Shown: one piece after another, positions 48,112-56,298 of the stretch
How the letters are laid out: every line of letters starts with the position of its first letter
How positions within the stretch are numbered: the stretch's first letter is position 1
Origin: Patescibacteria group bacterium
GTDB taxonomy: Bacteria; Patescibacteriota; Minisyncoccia; Minisyncoccales; Staskawiczbacteraceae
Assembly: GCA_018829965.1 (NCBI GenBank)
Contig: JAHJTG010000005.1
Span: forward strand, 49,558-113,557
DNA: 64,000 bases
Reading direction: 5' to 3'
The notes under the pieces: generated by a model
The model's database searches: none
The model's input: the letters and a program-made list of their open reading frames with translations, nothing else
What the model was told of the DNA's origin: nothing
Made by a program: the position numbers and the translations under genes

Positions 48112-49344
48112 CAAAGGAAAATTTTCACAGAATTTTTTAATTTCCTGTCTAACCTTTTTTACTGATTTCGGATTTGAAATAACCTCATTAATCCAACCAG
48201 CTATTTTCTTCATATCTTTTTCCTTCATCCCTCTTGTCGTAATCGCTGGAGTCCCCATTCTAATTCCTGATGGCTTAAAAGGCGGAGCTGGGTCATAAGG
48301 AATGCTGTTTTTGTTTATTGTAATTCCCGCTTCTTCTAGTAAGTTCTGGGCTTCGGGGCCCCCAATGTTTTTATTCCTTAAATCAATTAAAATTAAATGG
48401 TTATCAGTGCCTCCGCTAACTAAATTAAATCCGTATTCTTTTAACCCCTTTGCAAGAGCTTTTGCGTTTTTTACTATCTGCTTCGCATATTTCTTAAAAG
48501 CTGGCGTTGATGCTTCCTTTAAACATACGGCTATTGCAGCAATCTGATGCATATGAGGTCCGCCTTGAAATCCTGGGAAAATTGCCCTGTCAACTTTCTT
48601 TGCTAGCTCAGAATCTTTATCTAACCCTTTTTGAGTGACCATAATTATTCCTCCTCTCGGACCTCGTAAGGTTTTATGAGTTGTTGTTGTAACAATATGA
48701 ACGAAAGGAACTGGGCTTGGATGAGCTCCACCAGCAACTAATCCTGCGATATGAGCGATATCAGCTACCAAATATGCGCCCACAGAATCTGCTATCTTCC
48801 CTAATCTTTTCCAATCAAAAATTCTTGGGTAAGCAGTAGCTCCCACAAAAATTAGTTTTGGTTTATTATCTTTTGCTAATTTTTCCACTTCTTCATAATT
48901 TAAAAGTCCTGTTTTTTCATAAACACCGTATTGAACTGATTTAAAAAACTTAGCAGAAAAATTGACCTTCCAGCCATGAGTTAAATGGCCCCCCATAGGT
49001 AAAGCCATGCCCATTATAGTGTCTCCTGGCTCACAAACAGCCATATAGACTGCTGCATTCGCTGGAGAGCCAGAATATGGCTGGACATTAACATGTAGGA
49101 CTTTAAACAACTTTTTAGCCCGATCTCTACATAAGTCTTCTAAGATATCGTAATACTTTAATCCAGCATAATATCTTTTCCCAGGATAACCTTCAGCATA
49201 TTTATCAGTAAGCAAAGACCCAAGGGCTTCTCGCACAGCCAGAGAAGAATGATTTTCCGAAGGAATCATTTCAAGAGATGTTTTTTGCCTCTCTGCTTCT
49301 AAATCAATTAATTTTGCAATTTGATGATCTTGCTTTTTGAGCAT
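48103..49344 (-). CDS. glyA: serine hydroxymethyltransferase
   Basis: KYAEGYPG, GGHLTHG, TTTHKTLRGPRGG. Confidence 0.97.
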   Translation of the reverse strand: MLKKQDHQIAKLIDLEAERQKTSLEMIPSENHSSLAVREALGSLLTDKYAEGYPGKRYYAGLKYYDILEDLCRDRAKKLFKVLHVNVQPYSGSPANAAVYMAVCEPGDTIMGMALPMGGHLTHGWKVNFSAKFFKSVQYGVYEKTGLLNYEEVEKLAKDNKPKLIFVGATAYPRIFDWKRLGKIADSVGAYLVADIAHIAGLVAGGAHPSPVPFVHIVTTTTHKTLRGPRGGIIMVTQKGLDKDSELAKKVDRAIFPGFQGGPHMHQIAAIAVCLKEASTPAFKKYAKQIVKNAKALAKGLKEYGFNLVSGGTDNHLILIDLRNKNIGGPEAQNLLEEAGITINKNSIPYDPAPPFKPSGIRMGTPAITTRGMKEKDMKKIAGWINEVISNPKSVKKVRQEIKKFCENFPLPR

Positions 49345-49380
49345 TTTCCTTTAAATAAAAACTTAGACAAAAAATGCGAA

Positions 49381-49532
49381 ACCCCGCTCAAATTTTGCCA
49401 TAGCGAATACTCTTTTAAATTTATTTTTAACAAACAATTAAATCTCCATCAATCTGCGTGGGGCGAATAGCCCCATCCCTTGTTGGGCGAAGCAGATTGA
49501 CACCCAGCTGTTTCCAAAATTTGAGCTGGGGT
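49381..49532. repeat. inverted-repeat element with nested hairpins
   Basis: accccgctcaaattttg ... caaaatttgagctggggt. Confidence 0.65.
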
Positions 49533-49895
49533 TTAGTTTCATAAGTTTATTTATGTTTTTTGATTATATCACTTTTCTCTTTTCTCGAGAAATAAAAAAG
49601 TCCCTACCGATAAGCGATAGGGACTTTATATAATCTATAAGATAATCAGCCGACAAATAATAATTTTTTGGATACTTATGTGAAAACGCACCTCCTTTCA
49701 TTTCTGCCATATAGTTTGGGTTAATCAAATTGATTAACCCAGGCCGACGCCGTCGAATCAGTCAATACTAAATAAGAAATGGACTTTTCTCGTCCTTCGC
49801 ATAGATATCACCTCCTTTATTTTGGCTCTTTTCGGTGGTTATTAAAGTTAATGAACTATACAACATAAATATAATACAGTATGCTAAAAGGCTTG

Positions 49896-50489
49896 TCAAT
49901 AGCGGATAATCTTTTCCCTCTCTTCCGTTAGGTCAACTACTTTTGACGGTCTACTTTTAGATAAATCTCCAGCGTCTATTATTAAACTGGGTTTTATTTT
50001 ATCTCTCGTAAATTGTTCTAAAATCTCCCTAATCTTTACTGTCGCAGGATTTCCTGAAATATTAGCTGAAGTCTGGGCAATAGGAAAATTTATTTTTTCA
50101 AATAAATCTCTTATTAAATTATAATCCGGGATTCTCATACCAATTGTTTTATTTTTCGCAATAACGCCTTTCGGTAAATTATTTTTTGCCTGCAAAATAA
50201 CTGTTATTTTCCCGGGCCAAGCTTTTCTCAAAAATTTTTCCTGCTCTTTGTTAATAAAAGCATACTTTCTCGCCATTTTTATATCTTTAACAAAAACAGC
50301 CAAAGGTTTTACCTTCGCCCGTTTCTTTATCTTAAAAATTTTCTCAACTGTTTTCTTATTTCTAGCATCTGCTAAAATACCGTAAACCGTATCTGTAGGA
50401 AGAACCAATATCTTACCGTTCTTAAATAGCCTTACAGCTTTTTTTATTATATCCTTAGAATTATTTTCTTCTAGCTTTACAATCTCCAT
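49896..50489 (-). CDS. tsaC: threonylcarbamoyl-AMP synthase (TsaC/Sua5/YrdC)
   Basis: PTDTVYG, KKR...KPL, WPG, TSANISG. Confidence 0.9.
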   Translation of the reverse strand: MEIVKLEENNSKDIIKKAVRLFKNGKILVLPTDTVYGILADARNKKTVEKIFKIKKRAKVKPLAVFVKDIKMARKYAFINKEQEKFLRKAWPGKITVILQAKNNLPKGVIAKNKTIGMRIPDYNLIRDLFEKINFPIAQTSANISGNPATVKIREILEQFTRDKIKPSLIIDAGDLSKSRPSKVVDLTEEREKIIRY

Positions 50490-50557
50490 AATTATGAAGT
50501 AGGGAGGAGTAAAAATTTATTTTTGTTCCGACCGAATGATTAATTATATAAATTGCC

Positions 50558-51298
50558 TCAACGGTTTCTATTTTCTTTTAAGAATTTAGATAATTTTACA
50601 ACATCTCCAGGGTTACCGAAATCTTTCCAATAATCTTTAATCTTTTTAACTTTTACCTTTTTCTCTTTAGCTAAAAGAGAAACTGCATCAGTAATTTCAA
50701 ATTCCCCACGAGGAGATTTTTTTATCTTAGATAACTTACTAAAAACTTCTGGAGTAAATTTATACATCCCAGCATTGATTAAATCTCCCATATATTTTTT
50801 GGGCTTTTCTACAATCTTTTGCAAAAACTCGCCACCATTGACAAGAACACCGTATTTCTCAGGATTTTCGTGACGAAGGCCAGCAACATAATTATATTTA
50901 TCATTAATATTCATCGCCTTTAAATCTTCTACAGAATAGAGATTATCTCCGCAAATAAATAAAAACTGCTCTTTAATAATATCCTTCACGCACATTAGAG
51001 GACAGGCAGTGCCATATATCTTTTCTTTAGGACCCAATTTATCAAACTGGCTCACAAAGACTATTTTAGATTTACCGCTACAAGGCGAAGTATAACTTTT
51101 AATAAAATCCCGAATCATTTCTTCTTTATGTCCAACAACCAAAATTATTTCGCTATAACCAGCCCTGAAGAGATTATCTAAAACATAAGATAAAAAGGGT
51201 CTTTTTTGGACCTTAATTAAATGCTTGCACTTGTTTTTTGTTAGATGAAGCATGCGGGTTCCCTGCCCCGCAGCAGCTACCACAACTTTTTTAATCAT
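50558..51298 (-). CDS. sugar-phosphate nucleotidyltransferase
   Basis: AAGQGTRM, GTA, GD, IVEKP, SPRGEFEITD. Confidence 0.85.
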   Translation of the reverse strand: MIKKVVVAAAGQGTRMLHLTKNKCKHLIKVQKRPFLSYVLDNLFRAGYSEIILVVGHKEEMIRDFIKSYTSPCSGKSKIVFVSQFDKLGPKEKIYGTACPLMCVKDIIKEQFLFICGDNLYSVEDLKAMNINDKYNYVAGLRHENPEKYGVLVNGGEFLQKIVEKPKKYMGDLINAGMYKFTPEVFSKLSKIKKSPRGEFEITDAVSLLAKEKKVKVKKIKDYWKDFGNPGDVVKLSKFLKENRNR

Positions 51299-51860
51299 GC
51301 GCTAATCCAAATGCCTTTTTATTTAATTCTAAATATTTCTCAGGAATAACTTTCTTAATAGCCCCTAAAATAGAGGTGGTTTTTAAAGGAATTAATTTCT
51401 TGTTAACCGCATAACCCAAAAGGTAAATTCCACTAACGACTTCGTTATTCAATTCTTTTTTACAAATTTCAGAAGCAGAGATTAGATATAAGTTGCTTTT
51501 TGAAATCATTTTTAACTTTCCTAAAATTTCTTCTTTCTTTAAGGATCCTGAAAACGGCAGATAATAATTATTTATTAAAAACTTAGTTTTGCTATTGGCT
51601 TGAGAAAAACCCCTTAATCCTTCCAACACCTCTAACCCAATTATTAAATCAGCCTGGCCTCTTGAAACCAGCGGAGAATAAACTTTCTCGCCGAACCTTA
51701 TATGCGTTTCAACGCTTCCACCTCTCTGTGAAAGCCCATGCAGTTCAGATGACTTTACGTCATAACCTTCAATGAAAGCAGCTTCATTAATAATTGAAAG
51801 CAAGGTAATTATTCCCTGACCACCAACCCCTCTTAGTATAAGATTAAAAGTTTTATCCAT
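51291..51860 (-). CDS. iorB: indolepyruvate:ferredoxin oxidoreductase beta subunit
   Basis: GVGGQG, SELHGLSQRGGSV, N.KAF.. Confidence 0.88.
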   Translation of the reverse strand: MDKTFNLILRGVGGQGIITLLSIINEAAFIEGYDVKSSELHGLSQRGGSVETHIRFGEKVYSPLVSRGQADLIIGLEVLEGLRGFSQANSKTKFLINNYYLPFSGSLKKEEILGKLKMISKSNLYLISASEICKKELNNEVVSGIYLLGYAVNKKLIPLKTTSILGAIKKVIPEKYLELNKKAFGLAHD

Positions 51861-53505
51861 TTTGTTTCTTTAATAGAAGAGCGCAAATTCTTCGACAAAC
51901 TATTAGCGATACTTCTTTTTTTATTAAGAATTCTTTAACTGCTTCTTCTAATTCTTTTATATTAATAGGGTCTAAAACTTTAATATGCTTTACCCCGCAA
52001 GCCTTAGCAATTTCTTCTATCTTCAATTCCTCTGTATTTTCACCCATCAATGTCTTCCCCATACCAGGATTTACTTGATGACCAGTCATAGCTGTTATTC
52101 TATTGTCTAAAACAACAATCAAAGGACTTGATTTATTATAGACAGTATTTATAAGTGCTGGAATTCCTGAATGGAAAAATGTTCCATCCCCCATAATGGA
52201 TATGACCTTTTGGTCCGTAGCCTTCCCTACGCCATGCGATATCCCCAAGCCAGCTCCCATCGAAAAAAGATAATCCTGCATATTATGAGGAGAAAGACCT
52301 GCAATCATATTACAACCGATGTCGCCACCAAAAATTGTTCCCTCAGTAGCCACTTTTTTTATTATAGGTAAAATATACCAATAAGGACAACCTTCACAAA
52401 GCCTAGCACTTCTTTTGGGTAAGTCTAAGATTTTAGACTTCTCGATTACAAATTTCTTGCCCGTTATTTTCGATAAAGCGATACAGACCTTATCTGTATC
52501 TAATTCTCCAACCGTTGGTAAAACATCTTTGCCATAAATAGTTAATTTATCTTTTGCTAAACGCACTATTTCATTTTCTAAATAAGGATCTAATTCTTCA
52601 ACAACTAGTATTTTCTTTTTGCCTTTTATAAAATCGGTAATCATTTTTTCTGGCAAAGGATAAAAAAATCCTAATTTTAAAACAGGTAGTTGTATTCCTA
52701 ATGTTTTAAGAGCTTCTAAAATATGCAGATAAGAAATACTAGAGGCGATAATGCCAATTTTATTCTTTTTGCCAATAACCTTATTAATTTTAGATTTTTC
52801 TGCAAATTGCCTGATCTTCTCAATTTTTTGCAAAAGCTCTTTTTTCATTTCTAAAACTCTCGGCGGCATTGTACAGAACTGATGCGGATTTTTTATAAAT
52901 ACGCCTTTTGGAATTTTGGATTTGGGATTTGAGATTTGTTTAGGGTTTAGGATTTGGGATTTAGAATTTATCGTAACTGGCATTTTTTGGTGAGAAACTC
53001 TCGTAGTTGTCCTTAAAATTACAGGGATATTAAATTTTTCTGATATTTCAAAGCCTAATTTTGTGAAATCACAGCATTCCTGCGGGTCTGAAGGATCTAA
53101 AATTGGTATACGGCTTAAATAAGCATATCCTCTTGAATCTTGCTCTGATTGGGCAGAACTATGACAAGAAGGATCATCTCCAATAAAAATTACCATCGGA
53201 CCTTTAGTGCCAGTATAGGCTAAAGGCAATAAGCTATCAGAGCAAACATTCACCCCAAAGCTTTTCATATTAACTAAAGTCTTTAAGCCAGAAAAACTAG
53301 CTCCGATTGCAACCTCTAGTGCAACTTTTTCGTTTGTTGACCATTCTGCATAAATACCTTTTTCCTTAGCAATATCTTTGAACCCATCTCCCACTTCAGC
53401 AGAAGGACATCCAGGATAACCGGAAACGAAATCAACGCCTGCTTCTAAGGCGCCCTGAACTATTGCTTCGTTGCCTAATAGAATCTTTTTCATATATATA
53501 AACAA
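51853..53505 (-). CDS. iorA: indolepyruvate:ferredoxin oxidoreductase alpha subunit
   Basis: GNEAI, GYPG.PS, NEKVALE, LCEGCP, GDIGC, GDGTFFHSG, AMTGHQ. Confidence 0.88.
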   Translation of the reverse strand: MFIYMKKILLGNEAIVQGALEAGVDFVSGYPGCPSAEVGDGFKDIAKEKGIYAEWSTNEKVALEVAIGASFSGLKTLVNMKSFGVNVCSDSLLPLAYTGTKGPMVIFIGDDPSCHSSAQSEQDSRGYAYLSRIPILDPSDPQECCDFTKLGFEISEKFNIPVILRTTTRVSHQKMPVTINSKSQILNPKQISNPKSKIPKGVFIKNPHQFCTMPPRVLEMKKELLQKIEKIRQFAEKSKINKVIGKKNKIGIIASSISYLHILEALKTLGIQLPVLKLGFFYPLPEKMITDFIKGKKKILVVEELDPYLENEIVRLAKDKLTIYGKDVLPTVGELDTDKVCIALSKITGKKFVIEKSKILDLPKRSARLCEGCPYWYILPIIKKVATEGTIFGGDIGCNMIAGLSPHNMQDYLFSMGAGLGISHGVGKATDQKVISIMGDGTFFHSGIPALINTVYNKSSPLIVVLDNRITAMTGHQVNPGMGKTLMGENTEELKIEEIAKACGVKHIKVLDPINIKELEEAVKEFLIKKEVSLIVCRRICALLLKKQNG

Positions 53506-53540
53506 TTCTTATAATAACACAATTTTGTTGTTTTTTTAAA

Positions 53541-54533
53541 CTAAACAACAAAACTCTTAATAATCGCTTCTTTTGTTTTATAAGTATTGCCGTGTTTTAT
53601 CAGTCCAAAATAAGAATTAAGGGGTTCAATATTCAGATTTCTTTTTATCTTCTTAAACATTCTTCTCTTTGTAGCAGTGCGAAGTACCCGATGACTTGGA
53701 AAATTAACCCAACCCAAAAAATCAACCCCAGAGGATAGAGTTTTAATGAATATTTTGTCGGGATGCATGACAAGCCTTAATCTGTTTTGTAAAAAATTGC
53801 TAATTATTTGGATTAAATTTTCTATATGTTTTTTATCTTCAGACAAAACAATAAAATCATCGGCATATCTGATGTAGTATTTTCCTTTTAATTCATGCTT
53901 CATAAACTGGTCAAACTCATTCATATATACGTTGGCAAAAAGCTGAGAAGTTAAGTTGCCAAGAGGCAAACCGGTTTCTTGTTTTCCTGAATTAAAACTG
54001 AATATTATTTCTTTTAAAAGGTAAACAATATTTTTATCCAGTATGTATTGCTCTAAAATATTGACCAAAATATTTTGATCAATTGAGGCAAAAAACTTTT
54101 TAATATCGCATTGTAAAACCCAGCAGGTTTTTGTGTTGTTTTTTGAAACAATATAGATAAACTCTCTGAACCTATTTATGGCCTTATGCGTTCCTTTATA
54201 ATTTCTGCAGGAAAACGAATCTGAAATAAAGGTTTTATCGAAAAACGGGTATAATATACGATATACGGCGCGATGTAATAGGCGATCGCGAACGCTAGCT
54301 TTGTGGATTATTCTTGGTTTTGGATCGCTTACTTTAAAACATTTGTATCCGCCGTGTTTGTAATTATTATTAATCAGGTCGTAATACAATGATAAAATAT
54401 TATCCATCAGACTAAATTGGAATTCTTGTACATCTTTTTTGTTTTTCTTTCCCCTGATAAATTCTTTCCATGTATCTAATAAATTATCAATACTAATAAT
54501 ATCTTCAAATTTATGATTCAATCTTATTTTCAT
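53541..54533 (-). CDS. DGR2 reverse transcriptase (intact, ~330 aa)
   Basis: RDRLLH, CDIKKFF, GLPLGNLTSQ, YADD, DFLG; start set at MKIRLNHKFE by homology to RT1. Confidence 0.93.
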   Translation of the reverse strand: MKIRLNHKFEDIISIDNLLDTWKEFIRGKKNKKDVQEFQFSLMDNILSLYYDLINNNYKHGGYKCFKVSDPKPRIIHKASVRDRLLHRAVYRILYPFFDKTFISDSFSCRNYKGTHKAINRFREFIYIVSKNNTKTCWVLQCDIKKFFASIDQNILVNILEQYILDKNIVYLLKEIIFSFNSGKQETGLPLGNLTSQLFANVYMNEFDQFMKHELKGKYYIRYADDFIVLSEDKKHIENLIQIISNFLQNRLRLVMHPDKIFIKTLSSGVDFLGWVNFPSHRVLRTATKRRMFKKIKRNLNIEPLNSYFGLIKHGNTYKTKEAIIKSFVV

Positions 54534-54896
54534 AATAATAATTTTACTTCTAACCCCCCATTTAGCTTGAGTATAATTCAAAAACTGACGCGGGTTTACA
54601 AACTATGGCAAGAATATTTGCCTGATTTTCCAAAAGATTCAAAATATACTCTTGGCGCAAAAGTTGATTCTTTGTTTTTAGAAGTAATTGAAGAAATAAT
54701 AAAAGCAAGCAGTTCAGATAAAACAGAAAAACTAATTTTTCTTAAAACCGCTTCTGCTAAATTAGACCTGCTTAAATTTTTCTTGCAGATTGTTTGGGAG
54801 ATAAAATCTTTAGATAATAAGAAATACATCTTACTTTCTGAAAAACTGAATGAAATAGGCAAAATGCTTGGAGGATGGATCAAATCGTTAAAGTAA
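54513..54896 (+). CDS. avd: DGR2 Avd-like protein
   Basis: 104 of 111 residues identical to Avd1 from FSLS onward; EIGKMLGGW. Confidence 0.88.
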   Translation: MIQSYFHNNNFTSNPPFSLSIIQKLTRVYKLWQEYLPDFPKDSKYTLGAKVDSLFLEVIEEIIKASSSDKTEKLIFLKTASAKLDLLKFFLQIVWEIKSLDNKKYILLSEKLNEIGKMLGGWIKSLK

Positions 54897-54966
54897 GCAA
54901 AGCATATTTTCGTCATTCATTCGGCGATAAAAATATTAATATTTTTATCGCCCTCATTTATTAGAG

Positions 54967-54990
54967 AATAAAAACCGCCTAAAAAGGCGG
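54967..54990 (-). terminator. putative terminator of the DGR2 TR RNA
   Basis: Minus strand CCGCCT-TTTT-AGGCGG-TTTTTATT. Confidence 0.65.
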
Positions 54991-55005
54991 AAAAAACGAA
55001 GAGAT

Positions 55006-55136
55006 TTGCGACGACCGAGGAAGCGATCGTCCTCATACCAAGCATACCCGAAAGAGCGCAGGTTCAAGCGCCGATCATCAGCATGGCTGCACAAACACGG
55101 CACGAGGAGATAGCCACCGGGAATCCGCCAGGACGA
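55006..55136 (-). repeat. DGR2 template repeat (TR2)
   Basis: 131-bp match to 55508-55638 with 8 mismatches, 6 at TR adenines. Confidence 0.92.
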
Positions 55137-55370
55137 TATATATAAAACATCATCTATGCCACTGCCCTTCGAAGCTATAAAACGATCTCAGGGCTGTATC
55201 TAATTCGGTATCTAAAATACCTTAATGCTTTATACCAAGTAATCTTCGTTTTTTACTAAATCAGGAACGACTCTTCCAGAAGCCGTAACCGCTGGAATCC
55301 TGCGTTATCCTGAAATATAGAATTCGGCCGCCTGAAGCCTTGACCGCAAACATATTAGCCTACTATCCGA
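55137..55370 (-). ncRNA. structured 5' leader of the DGR2 TR RNA
   Basis: Homolog of 36257-36477. Confidence 0.75.
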
Positions 55371-55399
55371 ATTAATAATATCATTATTTGTAAAATGTG

Positions 55400-55433
55400 A
55401 AAACCCCGAAACGAACATTCGTTTCGGGGTTTT
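55400..55433 (-). terminator. terminator after the DGR2 target gene
   Basis: Perfect 16-bp inverted repeat aaaaccccgaaacgaa / ttcgtttcggggtttt. Confidence 0.75.
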
Positions 55434-55503
55434 ATTGCCAAGGGTTCAAGAGACTAAGATTCAATGAAGAATCAAGGTTCCAAGTTCCCAAGGATTTTGA
55501 AGA

Positions 55504-56103
55504 TTACTTGCGACGACCGAGGAAGCGATCGTCCTCATACCAAGCAGACCCGAAAGAGCGCAGCGGCACGCGCCGATCATCAGCAAGGCTGCACAAACAC
55601 GGCACGAGGAGACAGCCACCGGGAACCCGCCAGGACGACTTTAGAGCAACTATCGGAAATTGTCGTTGAAGCTCCGGCTGATCTGATCCTAACGCGAGCA
55701 GGTCTGCGATATCTCCAGGCTCACATCCAGCTTGGGACATTTCAGCAATCGCATCATCACTCGAGATATTACGTTTGAAGTCGAAAAGGATGAATTCTTT
55801 CTCTTCTTTACCACTACCCACGACCGGAAAATGCTCTTGAGTGATATCACTATTTACACAATCATATTTACCAGCTTTAATCATTTCCGCTAAGGTCTTG
55901 GTGCGGTCCACTGTGAGGTTATAGATTGGACGGACAACACCAACAATGAATTTAGCAATTTGTTTTACCAAATCCTCACCCTCAGGTGTCGCGAGCTTAC
56001 GAATGCTCTCGTCATCTCCGCCTAGCTTATAAACTTCTTTTACTAATGCCTGAATTATAGACATTAACACTCCCATCCACGATACAAGATTTGACTTCGC
56101 CAT
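55504..56103 (-). CDS. DGR2 target protein (199 aa) with C-terminal variable region, probably CLec-like fold
   Basis: 3' end matches TR2; AAGGAG RBS. Confidence 0.9.
   Translation of the reverse strand: MAKSNLVSWMGVLMSIIQALVKEVYKLGGDDESIRKLATPEGEDLVKQIAKFIVGVVRPIYNLTVDRTKTLAEMIKAGKYDCVNSDITQEHFPVVGSGKEEKEFILFDFKRNISSDDAIAEMSQAGCEPGDIADLLALGSDQPELQRQFPIVALKSSWRVPGGCLLVPCLCSLADDRRVPLRSFGSAWYEDDRFLGRRK
55508..55638 (-). repeat. DGR2 variable repeat (VR2)
   Basis: Mostly adenine-specific differences from TR2. Confidence 0.92.
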
Positions 56104-56268
56104 TTTTATCTCCTTTTAACTTTTTCGGCAAATCTCCCGTTCCAGAACAACTGAAATCTCAGACTCGCCTTTGGTTGAAACCATTAAACTGCTTTTTTGT
56201 AATCTAATGGTTTCAACCAAATTTATCGCAAGTAATTTTAGATATAAAAGAGCTTACTTACTATTTAT

Positions 56269-56298
56269 AATATAACACGCCTCCTTACCTCTTGTCAA
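56269..56298 (-). promoter_or_regulatory. sigma70-type promoter of the DGR2 target gene, -35 box inside the leuS 3' end
   Basis: TTGACA-18 nt-TATATT with TG extension. Confidence 0.6.

Noticed and set aside
49345-49560. ZTP or THF riboswitch upstream of glyA
   Set aside because: I could not find the consensus motifs; the structure is explained by an inverted-repeat element whose core recurs at about 24570.
37513-53505. Additional remote VR targets for TR1 or TR2
   Set aside because: No further TR-like sequence was spotted by eye in this window; a genome-wide BLASTN would be needed.
34717-54533. The RTs as group II intron, retron or CRISPR-associated RTs
   Set aside because: They are short (~330 aa) with the GNLTSQ motif, lack maturase or endonuclease domains, and lie beside Avd and adenine-biased TR/VR pairs, which identifies DGRs.
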